From: Clostridia bacterium
GTDB taxonomy: Bacteria > Bacillota > Clostridia > UBA1381
Assembly (NCBI GenBank): GCA_045657705.1
Contig: JAZOTP010000045.1
Span: 9,539 to 73,538, forward strand
Length of the DNA: 64,000 nt
Direction of reading: 5' to 3'
Shown here: positions 30,193 to 40,762 of the stretch, in pieces
Numbering within the stretch: position 1 is the stretch's first letter
How the letters are laid out: each line of letters begins with the position of its first letter
The notes under the pieces: model-generated
Seen by the model: the letters and a program-made list of their open reading frames with translations, nothing else
Database searches by the model: none
What the model was told of the DNA's origin: nothing
Made by a program: the position numbers and the translations under genes

Positions 30193-31383
30193 ATGTCAAG
30201 AAGACTTTTTACATCTGAATCGGTTACAGAAGGACATCCCGATAAGATTTGCGACAGGATTTCGGATGCAATACTGGATGAAATATTAAAAAATGACCCG
30301 AATGCGAGAGTTGCCTGTGAAACGACCTGTACAACAGGCATAGTTTCGATTATGGGCGAAATAACAACAACCTGTAATGTTGATTATCCGAAGCTTGTAA
30401 GGGAAGTTGTTGTTGATATCGGATATGATAGAGCTAAGTACGGTTTTGACGGAAATACCTGTGCGGTTGTTACATCAATAGACAAGCAGTCACCTGATAT
30501 TGCTATGGGTGTTAATGAAGGCCTGGAGAATAAAACAGGTGAAGCTGATGAAGGTAATTCTACAGGTGCAGGTGACCAGGGAATGATGTTTGGTTATGCG
30601 TGCAATGAAACTCCTGAATTAATGCCGTTACCTATTTCACTTGCTCATAAGCTCGCAATGAAGCTTACTGATGTAAGAAAGAAAGGAGTACTTGGTTATT
30701 TAAGACCGGACGGAAAAACACAGGTTACCGTTATATATGAAGATAATAAGCCGGTTGCGGTTGATACTGTAGTTGTTTCAACACAGCACTCCCCTGATGT
30801 TACGCTTGAACAAATCCGTGAAGATTTAATAAGAGAGGTAGTAAAAACTACAATACCTGCTGATTTATTAACGGAAGAAACAAAGTATTTTATAAATCCT
30901 ACAGGAAGATTTGTAGTTGGAGGACCGCAGGGTGACAGTGGATTGACAGGAAGAAAGATTATTGTTGATACATATGGTGGATATGCCCGTCACGGAGGCG
31001 GTGCTTTTTCAGGAAAAGACCCGACTAAGGTTGACAGATCTGCAGCGTATGCGGCACGTTGGGTTGCAAAAAATGTAGTTGCGGCAGGATTGGCTGAAAA
31101 ATGTGAAATACAATTAGCATATGCAATAGGTGTTGCACGTCCTGTTTCAATTATGGCTGACACATTCGGTACAGGAATTGTATCTGATGAAATGATTGAA
31201 AAAGCAATTGATAAGGTGTTTGATTTAAGACCGAATGCTATCATTAATTCTCTTGAATTAAGAAAACCGATATATAAACAGTTGTCTGCATACGGACATC
31301 TCGGACGTGAGGATATTGGTGTTAAATGGGAAGAAACAAACAAGATTGATGAATTAAAAGAAGCTGTTAATGCTTTGAGATAA
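30193..31383 (+). CDS. metK: S-adenosylmethionine synthase
   Basis: [20 protein letters not shown] and [16 protein letters not shown] motifs. GGAG lies 9 nt before the ATG at 30193. Confidence 0.96.
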   Translation: MSRRLFTSESVTEGHPDKICDRISDAILDEILKNDPNARVACETTCTTGIVSIMGEITTTCNVDYPKLVREVVVDIGYDRAKYGFDGNTCAVVTSIDKQSPDIAMGVNEGLENKTGEADEGNSTGAGDQGMMFGYACNETPELMPLPISLAHKLAMKLTDVRKKGVLGYLRPDGKTQVTVIYEDNKPVAVDTVVVSTQHSPDVTLEQIREDLIREVVKTTIPADLLTEETKYFINPTGRFVVGGPQGDSGLTGRKIIVDTYGGYARHGGGAFSGKDPTKVDRSAAYAARWVAKNVVAAGLAEKCEIQLAYAIGVARPVSIMADTFGTGIVSDEMIEKAIDKVFDLRPNAIINSLELRKPIYKQLSAYGHLGREDIGVKWEETNKIDELKEAVNALR

Positions 31384-31403
31384 AAAACGAACAATCTAAG
31401 TTA

Positions 31404-31691
31404 TTGACAATTACAATAATCCAGAGGAAAAATATAAAATGTTTTTATACTCAAGACCTGATGACAGAACTCCGTTTATTGATGCCAAGTCATGATAAAA
31501 ACATCTGGGACTGCGGATATTTTCACTCAAATAATGGAATAGTTATAATAGACGGTGATGAGTTAAGATTTAAGTTTAAGGTGAAAGAAGGAGATATTTA
31601 TTCTTTCTGGATAAGTAAAAGTAAAAGCGGAGGTTACCTCGGTGCCGGAGGAATAGGAAAGAAAACTTATATCGACGAAGATAATAAATGA
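31404..31691 (+). CDS. hypothetical protein, start unresolved (possible frameshift)
   Basis: The ORF is open from 31404. The only good RBS (AGAGGAAAA at 31424-31432) serves an out-of-frame ATG at 31439 that stops after 18 codons. Confidence 0.3.
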   Translation: MTITIIQRKNIKCFYTQDLMTELRLLMPSHDKNIWDCGYFHSNNGIVIIDGDELRFKFKVKEGDIYSFWISKSKSGGYLGAGGIGKKTYIDEDNK

Positions 31692-31718
31692 AATATTATT
31701 GTAAAATCATTAACAAGG

Positions 31719-32318
31719 ATGGTTAAGGATATGTATAAAATAAAAAATACCGACATTGATTCTGCCCGGAAGCTTTATGTGGATAAGGCACTTTGGGGAT
31801 ATAATAAATACATACCGCAGGTTTATGCTCAGATAGTACATGATGATGAAAATTTTTATGTAAAGTTTACTGTGCATGAAAAAAATCCCACAAGAACAAA
31901 AACAAAGAATTTTGAATATGTTCATCTTGACAGTTGTGTCGAATTTTTTGCAAATTTCATGCCTGAAAAATCCGATTATTACATAAATTTTGAAATGAAT
32001 GCAAATGGTGTTGTAAATTTTGCGTTTAAAAAAGACAGGTATAATTCTATAGAATTGACTGAAGAGGACGCTTTAGGGCTTGAAATAAAGTCTGATATTT
32101 TTGAGGATTATTGGACGGTTTCGTACAAAATCACATCAGAATTTTTGAAAAAATACTATAAAGACTTTGAAATGAACGAATGTAAGCGTATAAAAGGGAA
32201 TCTTTATAAATGCGGAGATGAAACACCGATTGAGCATTATTTATGTCATTTTGAAGTTAAATGTGAAAATCCCGATTTTCACAGACCGGAATATTTCGGA
32301 GAAATTGAAGTTGAGTAA
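31719..32318 (+). CDS. carbohydrate-binding family 9-like (DOMON-like) protein
   Basis: CBM9-like pattern (ALWGYN...FYVKFTVHE...HLDSCVEFF). The start may be 31731. Confidence 0.6.
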   Translation: MVKDMYKIKNTDIDSARKLYVDKALWGYNKYIPQVYAQIVHDDENFYVKFTVHEKNPTRTKTKNFEYVHLDSCVEFFANFMPEKSDYYINFEMNANGVVNFAFKKDRYNSIELTEEDALGLEIKSDIFEDYWTVSYKITSEFLKKYYKDFEMNECKRIKGNLYKCGDETPIEHYLCHFEVKCENPDFHRPEYFGEIEVE

Positions 32319-32320
32319 AT

Positions 32321-32359
32321 AAAAATCAGCAGTCCAGTTTTTAAGGACTGCTGATTTTT
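32321..32359. terminator. bidirectional intrinsic terminator
   Basis: AAAAATCAGCAGTCC...GGACTGCTGATTTTT. Confidence 0.85.
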
Positions 32360-32368
32360 AAAGTTTGA

Positions 32369-34180
32369 TTACTTTACATTAAGCCAAACTAACATATCTG
32401 TTTCACCTCTGTTTGCAAAACAGCTGTAAGGAATAAGCTTGATTGTTGTTTTTTCAAATGTATCGGAGTATTTGTAATACAGCTCGGTTGACGGCATTCT
32501 TCTCAAGCCATCAATTGAAAGTGTATTTAAACCGAATTCTTCTGAATATTTAATGTCAAAATTTGTGTTGCTGCTGTCAAGGAAAAGTGCCTGAAGAATT
32601 TCTCCGTTATCTACAGCTTCAGCACAGTAAACAATAGGACCGTAACATACTGCTGCTTTTGCATTTACGTTATATACTCTGCTGTCTGCACAGATAAGCT
32701 GAGGTGTCATTACAAAGCTTACATTAATTGTTTCAGACGGATTGGTAATCTTAATATATCCGTTTTCCAATTCATATTCGGCATTGATTTTGAATTCGTC
32801 GCACCAATAAGGTTTTCTGATCATGAGAGTTTTGACATTATTGGTTTTGATTGTAATATCTCCGGAAACAGGATAATTTGTAATTTGCTCTATATATGCA
32901 CCGTTATGCTCCATTTTGCTTGATGTAAACTGATTTATATAATAAGTGTCATTATCAGCACCGTAAATGTAATCATCAAGACTTGATAAGAAACGGTTAA
33001 TGTTCGGAGGACAGCATGAACACCAGAATACTTCAACTCTTTGGGTGATAGGGAAGTGGAGATGTGGATAATCATTGTTTTCGTGTTCTTCCTTGTGATG
33101 GTTCTGAACATTTATTGCAAGCGGATTTTCATAGAAAAATTCCTTGCCGTTTAAGGAAATCCCTGAGAATGTTGCATTGTATAGTGTTCTTTCGATTATA
33201 TCGGCATATTTTGCATTATTTTCGAGTGTTAACATTCTCTGCATGAAGAAAATTAAAGAAATTGCCGCACATGTTTCATTATATGCAGTCTCATTCGGCA
33301 AATCATACGGGAAAGAGAATGCCTCTCCTCTGTGAGTTGAACCTATACCGCCTGTTATGTACATTTTCTTTGTGATAATATCATCAGCTAATTCTTTGCA
33401 TACAGAAATCAATTCTTCATCATTGTATGCTTTTGCAATATCAACCATTCCGCTGTAAAGATATGCAGCTCGTACACAGTGACCGATAGCCTTTTTTTGT
33501 TCTCTTACAGGAATATGTGACTGCCACATATAACTGTCAAAAGGCTTATCCTTTTCATTATTTCCTCTTTGGTCGATGAAAAATTTGGAAAGATCAAGAT
33601 ACTTTTTCTTTCCTGTTGCTTCGTAAAGGCGAACTAAAGCAAGCTCTATTTCTTCATGACCGGGGGTCTGGAATACTGCAGAATTTTCCTTTACAAAAAC
33701 TTTTTCGATGTAGTCTGCATATTTTTCCATTAACTTCAAAAATCTGTCACGGCCTGTTGCATCGTAATATGCAACTGCTGCTTCCATAAGATGTCCTGCA
33801 CAGTATAATTCGTGATCATGTCTGTTAGTATAGCGTTTTGACGGCTCAATAGCCTGAAAGTATATATTAAAATAACCGTCGTCACATTGATTTTTTTCAA
33901 TGTCGTCGATTATGCTTTCAACCTTATCAAGCAATTCTTTGTTTTCGTGTTTTTTTAGAATGTTTGCAGCACCCTCAATCCATTTTGCAACATCGGAATC
34001 CCAAAATACATGAGGCTTGTTTTCCATACCCTCACGCCAGTTGAATTTGAAAGCGTTTACTCTGCCTGTGTTATAAAACTGATTATAAACGGCATTAATT
34101 GTTATTTTCCGATTTAGCTCCGATTTGTCAAAAAGATATCCTGAGGTGAGGTCTACGTTTGATTTTTTAATTAGTTCCAT
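32369..34180 (-). CDS. glycoside hydrolase family 127 (beta-L-arabinofuranosidase-like, DUF1680)
   Basis: GH127-like translation (HEEIELALVRLYEATG, cysteine-rich FWCSCCPPN region). AAGGAGAG RBS. Confidence 0.8.
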   Translation of the reverse strand: MELIKKSNVDLTSGYLFDKSELNRKITINAVYNQFYNTGRVNAFKFNWREGMENKPHVFWDSDVAKWIEGAANILKKHENKELLDKVESIIDDIEKNQCDDGYFNIYFQAIEPSKRYTNRHDHELYCAGHLMEAAVAYYDATGRDRFLKLMEKYADYIEKVFVKENSAVFQTPGHEEIELALVRLYEATGKKKYLDLSKFFIDQRGNNEKDKPFDSYMWQSHIPVREQKKAIGHCVRAAYLYSGMVDIAKAYNDEELISVCKELADDIITKKMYITGGIGSTHRGEAFSFPYDLPNETAYNETCAAISLIFFMQRMLTLENNAKYADIIERTLYNATFSGISLNGKEFFYENPLAINVQNHHKEEHENNDYPHLHFPITQRVEVFWCSCCPPNINRFLSSLDDYIYGADNDTYYINQFTSSKMEHNGAYIEQITNYPVSGDITIKTNNVKTLMIRKPYWCDEFKINAEYELENGYIKITNPSETINVSFVMTPQLICADSRVYNVNAKAAVCYGPIVYCAEAVDNGEILQALFLDSSNTNFDIKYSEEFGLNTLSIDGLRRMPSTELYYKYSDTFEKTTIKLIPYSCFANRGETDMLVWLNVK

Positions 34181-34406
34181 TGATTTTCTCTCCTTTTTGT
34201 TGTTTATAGAAATATTTTTAATGTAGCTATTGTATCATAAGTTTAAAATATTTTCAATATATAAAAACAGACAAGAAGTGTAAAAATCTGACCTATATAT
34301 ACTATTACAATTTATCAGGTTTAAGGAGCTAAAGTAAAAAGAATTGTTTTATATGAAATTTACATATAATAAACAGCTGCCACATTAACTGCAGCAGCTA
34401 CATAAA

Positions 34407-35561
34407 TTATTTAATTTTTTTTCCGTCAATAAATGTCATTTTAGCTTGTGCTTCAAATTCATAAGGTAATTTATCAAAAACAACAATATCAGCGTCCTTG
34501 CCAATTTCAAGCGTTCCCACTCTGTCATAAATACCGCAGTTTTTTGCAGGATTTACTGTGAGAGCTTCGAGTGCTTTTTGTTTATCCATGCCATGTTTAA
34601 CAGCAAGGGCTGCACATAAAGGAAGATATTCAATTGTTGTTTCGGGATGGTCTGTAATTATCGCAAGACTTATTCCTATATCGGATAGTTTTTTGTATGT
34701 AGAAAAGCTCATGTTTTTAAGCTCCGGTTTTGACCTGTCTGTCATTGTCGGACCTATCATAACTCCCACATTTTCATCCTTTAAAATTTCTGCCACAATA
34801 TCGCCCTCGGTACAGTGTTCAATAGTATATTTAATATCAAACTCCTTTGCAATTCTTATCGCTGTACAGATGTCATCTGCTCTGTGGGCATGAAATTTAA
34901 CGGGAATTTCTTTTTTAAGAACAGGGAGTAGGGCTTCATATTTAATATCATATTCCGGCTTGTCATTTTCTTCGGGGTCTTTTTTGTAATCTTCAAGAGC
35001 CTCTTTATAATCTTTTGCCTTATACAGAGTTTCTCTGATTAGTGAAGCGGTGCCCATTCTCGTCAGCGGCATCTGATTTTTTTGATGATAAACCGATTTT
35101 GGATTTTCTCCGAGAGACATTTTCATTGCACAAGGTGCTTTTACTATCATATGGTCAATACATACGCCATGAGTTTTAATAGCTACAAACTGTCCGCTGA
35201 TTGGATTTGCACTTCCGGGACCTGTTACAACCGTTGTAATACCTGCGTTAACCGCATCAACAAAACATCTGTCTAATGGGTTTATTGCGTCAATTGCACG
35301 AAGCTGTGGTGTTACAGGGTCTGAATCATCGTTTGTGTCATCCCCCTCAAATCCGAGCGAATCCTCCACCATGCCGATATGGCAATGTGCATCAATTAGT
35401 CCTGGCATTATATATGCTCCGTTTGCATCATATTCTTCTTCTATATCAAAGTCATTAAAATCATTTCCGACATATCTGATTTTGTCATCAAAAACTATAC
35501 CGCCATCAATAATTTTATTATCTGTCATTGTTACGATTTTTCCGTTTTTTATTAATTTCAA
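34407..35561 (-). CDS. amidohydrolase family protein
   Basis: PGLIDAHCHIG metal-binding motif. AAGGAG overlaps the track GTG at 35570. The TTG at 35561 lies 8 nt downstream and gives MKLIKNGKIVT. Confidence 0.8.
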   Translation of the reverse strand: MKLIKNGKIVTMTDNKIIDGGIVFDDKIRYVGNDFNDFDIEEEYDANGAYIMPGLIDAHCHIGMVEDSLGFEGDDTNDDSDPVTPQLRAIDAINPLDRCFVDAVNAGITTVVTGPGSANPISGQFVAIKTHGVCIDHMIVKAPCAMKMSLGENPKSVYHQKNQMPLTRMGTASLIRETLYKAKDYKEALEDYKKDPEENDKPEYDIKYEALLPVLKKEIPVKFHAHRADDICTAIRIAKEFDIKYTIEHCTEGDIVAEILKDENVGVMIGPTMTDRSKPELKNMSFSTYKKLSDIGISLAIITDHPETTIEYLPLCAALAVKHGMDKQKALEALTVNPAKNCGIYDRVGTLEIGKDADIVVFDKLPYEFEAQAKMTFIDGKKIK

Positions 35562-35573
35562 AATACGCACTCC

Positions 35574-36485
35574 TTACCCGTTAATATAATTGATTGCAGA
35601 GGTGGCGGCAATTGCTCCGTCTGCGGCTGCAGTAACTATTTGTCTTAAAGGTGTGTCACGCACATCACCTGCGGCATAAATCCCTTTTACATTTGTCTGC
35701 ATATATCTGTCGGTTGCAATAAAGCCATGCTGATTGAGATTTACATACTGACCTGCAAGGTTTGAGTTTGCAATTCTTCCGACCGCAACAAATACACCGC
35801 TTAATTCGATTTTTGACTTTTCATTTGTTTTTACATTTTCGACTATTATATCGCTTACTGTGGTGTCGCCGTTAATCTGCTTTACAACTGTATCGGTAAG
35901 TATTCTGATTTTGGGATTCTGTTTTACCTTTGTAACAAGGCTTGCGGCAGCTCTGAATGTATCACGTCTGTGAATTAATGTAACGCTTTTACAAAATCTT
36001 GCAAGATATAAAGCGTCTTCAAATGCCACATTTCCGCCGCCGATTACTGCTGTGTCCTGACCTTTGAAAAAAGCTCCGTCGCAGGTTGCACAGTATGAAA
36101 CACCCATTCCGTAAAATCTGTCCTCACCTGCCGCACCGCATTTTCTCGGATTTGCACCGGTAGCAAAAATAATTGCTTTTGTCTCGTAGGAATTTCTTCG
36201 GGTTTTAACGATTTTTATATCCTTGTGGGCGTCTATGATTTCTCTTACTGCCTCTGTTTTAAATTCAGTACCGAACATATCTGCATGAGCTTTCATTTTT
36301 TCAGAAAGCTCTGCACCTGTCGGAGTGTCTGAGATTCCGGGATAATTGTCAACTTCATAGGTGTAATTCATCTGACCGCCTGCACTCAGTTCTTCAAGTA
36401 CAAGCGTTTTCATTTCACTTCTTCCGGCATATATTGCGGCACTCATTCCGGCAGCACCGCCCCCTATTATAATTATATCGTACAT
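35574..36485 (-). CDS. trxB: thioredoxin-disulfide reductase
   Basis: GGGAAGMSAAIYAGR FAD motif and the CATCDG redox-active disulfide. The ATG at 36485 lies 9 nt after AGAGGA. Confidence 0.92.
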   Translation of the reverse strand: MYDIIIIGGGAAGMSAAIYAGRSEMKTLVLEELSAGGQMNYTYEVDNYPGISDTPTGAELSEKMKAHADMFGTEFKTEAVREIIDAHKDIKIVKTRRNSYETKAIIFATGANPRKCGAAGEDRFYGMGVSYCATCDGAFFKGQDTAVIGGGNVAFEDALYLARFCKSVTLIHRRDTFRAAASLVTKVKQNPKIRILTDTVVKQINGDTTVSDIIVENVKTNEKSKIELSGVFVAVGRIANSNLAGQYVNLNQHGFIATDRYMQTNVKGIYAAGDVRDTPLRQIVTAAADGAIAATSAINYING

Positions 36486-36665
36486 TAAATACATTCCTCT
36501 CATATGTTTGTATTATTATCGTAATATCCGTTTTCAGATAAGTTATATATATTATATAACAAAATTCAGTTTAAAACAAGTATTAGTTAAATAATTGTTT
36601 ACAAAATTTTCGTTTTATGATAGAATATGAATATACTATTATGATAAACAGAAGGGACGATATTT

Positions 36666-37487
36666 ATGTTTAACCGTGCTGAATTAAAATCAAGAGCTAA
36701 GGAGGTGTTGAGCGATACGCATACATATTGGCTTAGCTTTGCGGTATGTCTTATAATCGGACTGGTTGGGGGAACCACCTCTTTTACTGCAAATTTTTCT
36801 ACAGGAACTAATATGGAAGATGATTTGACTTCCTTGTTGACACTAAACTCTCTAAATATGCAAAATATTATAATTGTAGGTATTATTCTGTCAGGAATTA
36901 TTGTGCTTGCAATATGCTTTTCGATTTTTCTGATTACACCGCTGAATGTCGGGGGAAAGAGATTTTTTATAAAATCAGCATTGGGTGAGACGGAATTTTC
37001 AAATCTTGGAGTTGTATTTAAAAGCAGTTATTATTTAAATGTTGTAAAAGTAATGTTTATGAGAAATTTATTTCTGATTTTATGGGCATTGATAGCTTTA
37101 GCTCCTTATTGCGGTTCTTTGGTGCTGATGGCGGTATTGCCTCATAAATTTATTTTAGAAACATCGATTTTACTTTTAGTTTCGGTTTTTGCGTTTATTC
37201 CGTTTATTATGAAGTCATATTCATATCTTATGGTGGATTATATAGTTGCCCAAAATCCGGAAATTGACTGGCGTGAAGCAATCAATAGGAGCAAAGAAAT
37301 GATGAGGGAATGCAGATTCCAGACGTTTATTTTAGAGCTTTCGTTTTTAGGCTGGCAGATACTTGGAGTTATGTTGTGTGGAGTGGGTGTGCTGTTTATT
37401 GCTCCGTATATGCAGGCAACATTTGCACAGCTTTATCTTGAAAGAAAAAACAAGGTTGATTCATATGGATTTTGTTATGAAAATTGA
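36666..37487 (+). CDS. DUF975 family membrane protein
   Basis: MFNRAELKSRAKEVL N-terminus followed by multiple TM segments, typical of DUF975. Confidence 0.7.
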   Translation: MFNRAELKSRAKEVLSDTHTYWLSFAVCLIIGLVGGTTSFTANFSTGTNMEDDLTSLLTLNSLNMQNIIIVGIILSGIIVLAICFSIFLITPLNVGGKRFFIKSALGETEFSNLGVVFKSSYYLNVVKVMFMRNLFLILWALIALAPYCGSLVLMAVLPHKFILETSILLLVSVFAFIPFIMKSYSYLMVDYIVAQNPEIDWREAINRSKEMMRECRFQTFILELSFLGWQILGVMLCGVGVLFIAPYMQATFAQLYLERKNKVDSYGFCYEN

Positions 37488-37596
37488 TTATTAAAAATGT
37501 ATTATTTTAGTAAAAAAATATATTGCTAAATTTTGTATGTTGTGATAAAATAGAAAATGGATTAATATTTGTTTTATAACAGAAAGGATGACATAA

Positions 37597-38238
37597 ATGG
37601 ATAAGGAAAAAGTAATCACAAAATTAACAGATGCAGGTCTTGTTGCAGTTGTTCGTGCAAGCAATGCAGAGGAAGCAATAAGAATTTCTGATGCGTGTTT
37701 AGAGGGAGGATGTCCATCAATAGAGCTGACATTTACAGTTCCGGGCGCACACAAGGTTATTGAAGCATTGGCTGCAAAGTATAATAACGGTGAAATGCTT
37801 TTAGGTGCAGGAACAGTTCTTGATTCAGAAACCGCAAGAATTGCAATATTATCAGGTGCAAATTATATAGTTAGTCCGGGATTTAACTTAGAGGCTGCAA
37901 AGCTCTGTAACCGTTACAGAGTTCCGTATATGCCGGGATGTATGACAATTACAGAAGTTCTGACAGCAATGGAGGCAGGTGCCGATATTATTAAGATTTT
38001 CCCTGCAGATCTTTACGGACCTACAATAATAAAGGATATTAAAGGACCTCTTCCTCATGCAAAATTAATGCCTACAGGCGGAGTTGATGTATCAAACGTT
38101 GATCAGTGGATTAAGGCAGGTGCTGTAGCGGTAGGTGCAGGCTCATCATTGACAGCGGGTGCAAAAACGGGGGACTATGCTAAGATTACCGAAACTGCAA
38201 AAGAATTTATTAAAAAGATAAAAGAAGCAAGAGCTTAA
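37597..38238 (+). CDS. eda: 2-dehydro-3-deoxyphosphogluconate / 4-hydroxy-2-oxoglutarate aldolase
   Basis: Eda-like translation (GLVAVVR, IELTF, GAGTVL, KIFPA, MPTGGV). Confidence 0.9.
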   Translation: MDKEKVITKLTDAGLVAVVRASNAEEAIRISDACLEGGCPSIELTFTVPGAHKVIEALAAKYNNGEMLLGAGTVLDSETARIAILSGANYIVSPGFNLEAAKLCNRYRVPYMPGCMTITEVLTAMEAGADIIKIFPADLYGPTIIKDIKGPLPHAKLMPTGGVDVSNVDQWIKAGAVAVGAGSSLTAGAKTGDYAKITETAKEFIKKIKEARA

Positions 38239-38267
38239 AATATACATAATCGAAAGGAATAATTAAA

Positions 38268-39299
38268 ATGGCTAAGGTTGTTACAATGGGAGAAATTATG
38301 TTAAGATTATCAACTCCCAATAATGAAAAATTTATGCAGGCAGATGAGTTTGATGTATGCTACGGAGGCGGTGAGGCAAATGTTGCCGTATCGCTTGCAA
38401 ATTACGGTCATGATGCCGAATTTATCACAAAGGTTCCTGAAAATCCGATCGGAGAATGTGCGGTTGCGGCATTGAGAAAACTGAATGTTGAAACAAAGCA
38501 CATTGCAAAGGGCGGAGAAAGACTGGGAATATATTTTCTTGAAACAGGAGCTGCAATGAGAGCTTCAAATGAAGTATATGACAGAGCTCATTCTTCAATT
38601 TCAACAGCAACAGCTGATGATTTTAATTTTGATGAAATATTTGACGGTGCAGACTGGTTCCACTTTACAGGAATTACCCCTGCAATTTCAGATGCTGCAG
38701 CGGAGCTTACAGAGGTTGCTCTGAAAGCTGCAAAAGCTAAAGGCATTACCGTTTCTGTTGACCTTAACTTCAGAAAGAAGCTCTGGTCAAGTGAAAAAGC
38801 ACAGAAGGTTATGACAAATTTAATGCAATATGTTGATGTATGTATCGGAAATGAGGAAGATGCTGAAAAGGTACTTGGATTTAAGCCGGGTAATACCGAT
38901 GTTACAAGCGGAGAATTAGAGCTTGCAGGATATCGTGATATTTTTGAACAGATGGTTGCAAAGTTTAACTTCAAGTATGTAATAAGCTCACTTCGTGAAA
39001 GCTTCTCAGCTTCAGATAACGGCTGGTCAGCTTGTATCTATTCAAGAGATGACAAGGAATTCTATCATTCAAGAAAATACAGAATTTCTCCAATTGTTGA
39101 CAGAGTGGGCGGCGGCGATTCATTTGCAGGCGGTGTAATCTGCGGTTTTGTTGACGGTAAGAATTATAAAGAAGCACTTGAATTTGGTGTTGCAGCATCA
39201 GCTCTTAAGCACACAATTCCTGGAGACTTTAACCTTGTCAGCCGTTTAGATGTAGAAAATCTTGCAGGCGGAGACGGTTCAGGAAGAGTACAGAGATAA
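38268..39299 (+). CDS. kdgK: 2-dehydro-3-deoxygluconokinase (PfkB family)
   Basis: GGGEANVAV and GGGDSFAGG motifs. Adjacent to eda. Confidence 0.88.
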   Translation: MAKVVTMGEIMLRLSTPNNEKFMQADEFDVCYGGGEANVAVSLANYGHDAEFITKVPENPIGECAVAALRKLNVETKHIAKGGERLGIYFLETGAAMRASNEVYDRAHSSISTATADDFNFDEIFDGADWFHFTGITPAISDAAAELTEVALKAAKAKGITVSVDLNFRKKLWSSEKAQKVMTNLMQYVDVCIGNEEDAEKVLGFKPGNTDVTSGELELAGYRDIFEQMVAKFNFKYVISSLRESFSASDNGWSACIYSRDDKEFYHSRKYRISPIVDRVGGGDSFAGGVICGFVDGKNYKEALEFGVAASALKHTIPGDFNLVSRLDVENLAGGDGSGRVQR

Positions 39300-39389
39300 T
39301 TATTGTTTTATGTATAATTGGTTTTTAATTGGAAACAATATTATTACAGCACCCTATAGCTGTAATATACCCTTTTATCATAATACAAA

Positions 39390-39430
39390 ATGACAGGAGA
39401 AACGAGTGTTCTTCTGTCATTTTTCTCTTT
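39390..39430 (+). terminator. intrinsic terminator downstream of kdgK
   Basis: ATGACAGGAGAA-ACGAGTG-TTCTTCTGTCAT followed by TTTTCTCTTTT. Confidence 0.75.
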
Positions 39431-39709
39431 TAAAACAAAATTTTTTCGTCAAATTAAAGTACGAAAATTTGGCTTAAAACCTATAAAACTGGGGGTTAAA
39501 ACTGAAAGAATGGTATTTTTTTTGAAAAATGGCTTAAAATTTTGTAAAAGTTTACGGAAAATTTTTTTTGAAAATCTATTGACTTTTTGGCAAAATTAGT
39601 CTAAAGTTTGTATAATGTAGGGGTATTCTCTCAATTTTGAAAAATCCCTGTATAAATTATATAAAACATTATATAATTTGATTTTATTTTACAGATTGGA
39701 GGTAGACAG

Positions 39710-40750
39710 TTGGAAAAAATCATCAGTCTCGAAAATGTAGCTTTAGCCTTTGACGGAGAGAACATTTTAAATAACATTAATCTTGATATTTACGACAAGG
39801 AATTTGTCACCCTTCTCGGTCCTTCGGGATGCGGTAAAACTACAACTCTTCGTATCATCGGCGGTTTTTTGGAACCTGATTCGGGAGATGTTATTTTTGA
39901 CGGTGCAAGAATTAATAATCTTCCGCCGCATAAAAGAAACATAAATACCGTATTTCAGCGTTACGCTCTCTTTCCGCATCTTAATGTATATGACAACATT
40001 GCATTCGGCCTGAGAGTAAAAAAATTGCAGGAAGCAGAAATACGAACGCGTGTAACCGAAATGCTTAAGCTTGTAAATCTTACAGGCTTTGAGAAGCGTC
40101 CTGTTCAGCGTTTGTCAGGCGGACAGCAGCAGCGTGTTGCTATTGCACGTGCTCTTATTAACCGTCCCAGAGTATTACTTCTTGATGAACCTCTGGGTGC
40201 TCTTGATTTAAAGCTTAGAAAGGAAATGCAGATCGAGCTGAAGAAAATCCAGCAGAGTCTTGAAATAACCTTTATATATGTCACTCATGACCAGGAGGAG
40301 GCTCTTACAATGAGTGATACCGTTGTTGTAATGAACAACGGAGATATTCAGCAGATAGGAACGCCGCAGGATATTTATAACGAACCTGTTAATGCATTCG
40401 TTGCCGATTTTATTGGTGAAAGTAATATTATAGACGGAGTAATGAAAGAGGATTACTGTGTTATAATAAGCGGAAATGAATTTGAATGTGTGGATAAGGG
40501 ATTTGAAATGAATGAAAATGTTGATGTGGTTATAAGACCTGAGGACATTAAAATCACATCTCCCCAAAATGCAAAAATTACCGGAACAGTCGATACTGTA
40601 ACCTTTAAGGGTGTACATTATGAAATGCTTGTCAAATCTGAGCATTTTGACTGGCTCATACATTCAACAAAAGCAGCGGAGCCGGGTTCTGTAATAGGCA
40701 TGACCTTTGACCCCTTTGACATTCACATTATGAAGAAAACCGATAAATAG
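39710..40750 (+). CDS. potA: spermidine/putrescine ABC transporter ATP-binding protein
   Basis: GPSGCGKTT Walker A, the LSGGQQQR signature and LLLDEP. TTG start lies 7 nt after GGAGG. Confidence 0.92.
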   Translation: MEKIISLENVALAFDGENILNNINLDIYDKEFVTLLGPSGCGKTTTLRIIGGFLEPDSGDVIFDGARINNLPPHKRNINTVFQRYALFPHLNVYDNIAFGLRVKKLQEAEIRTRVTEMLKLVNLTGFEKRPVQRLSGGQQQRVAIARALINRPRVLLLDEPLGALDLKLRKEMQIELKKIQQSLEITFIYVTHDQEEALTMSDTVVVMNNGDIQQIGTPQDIYNEPVNAFVADFIGESNIIDGVMKEDYCVIISGNEFECVDKGFEMNENVDVVIRPEDIKITSPQNAKITGTVDTVTFKGVHYEMLVKSEHFDWLIHSTKAAEPGSVIGMTFDPFDIHIMKKTDK

Positions 40751-40762
40751 GGGGTGGGTGAA

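Noticed and set aside
39390-39599. 69-aa ORF between kdgK and potA
   Set aside because: It has no RBS, its start sits inside the kdgK terminator hairpin, and its Lys/Phe-rich composition is what AT-rich non-coding DNA yields.
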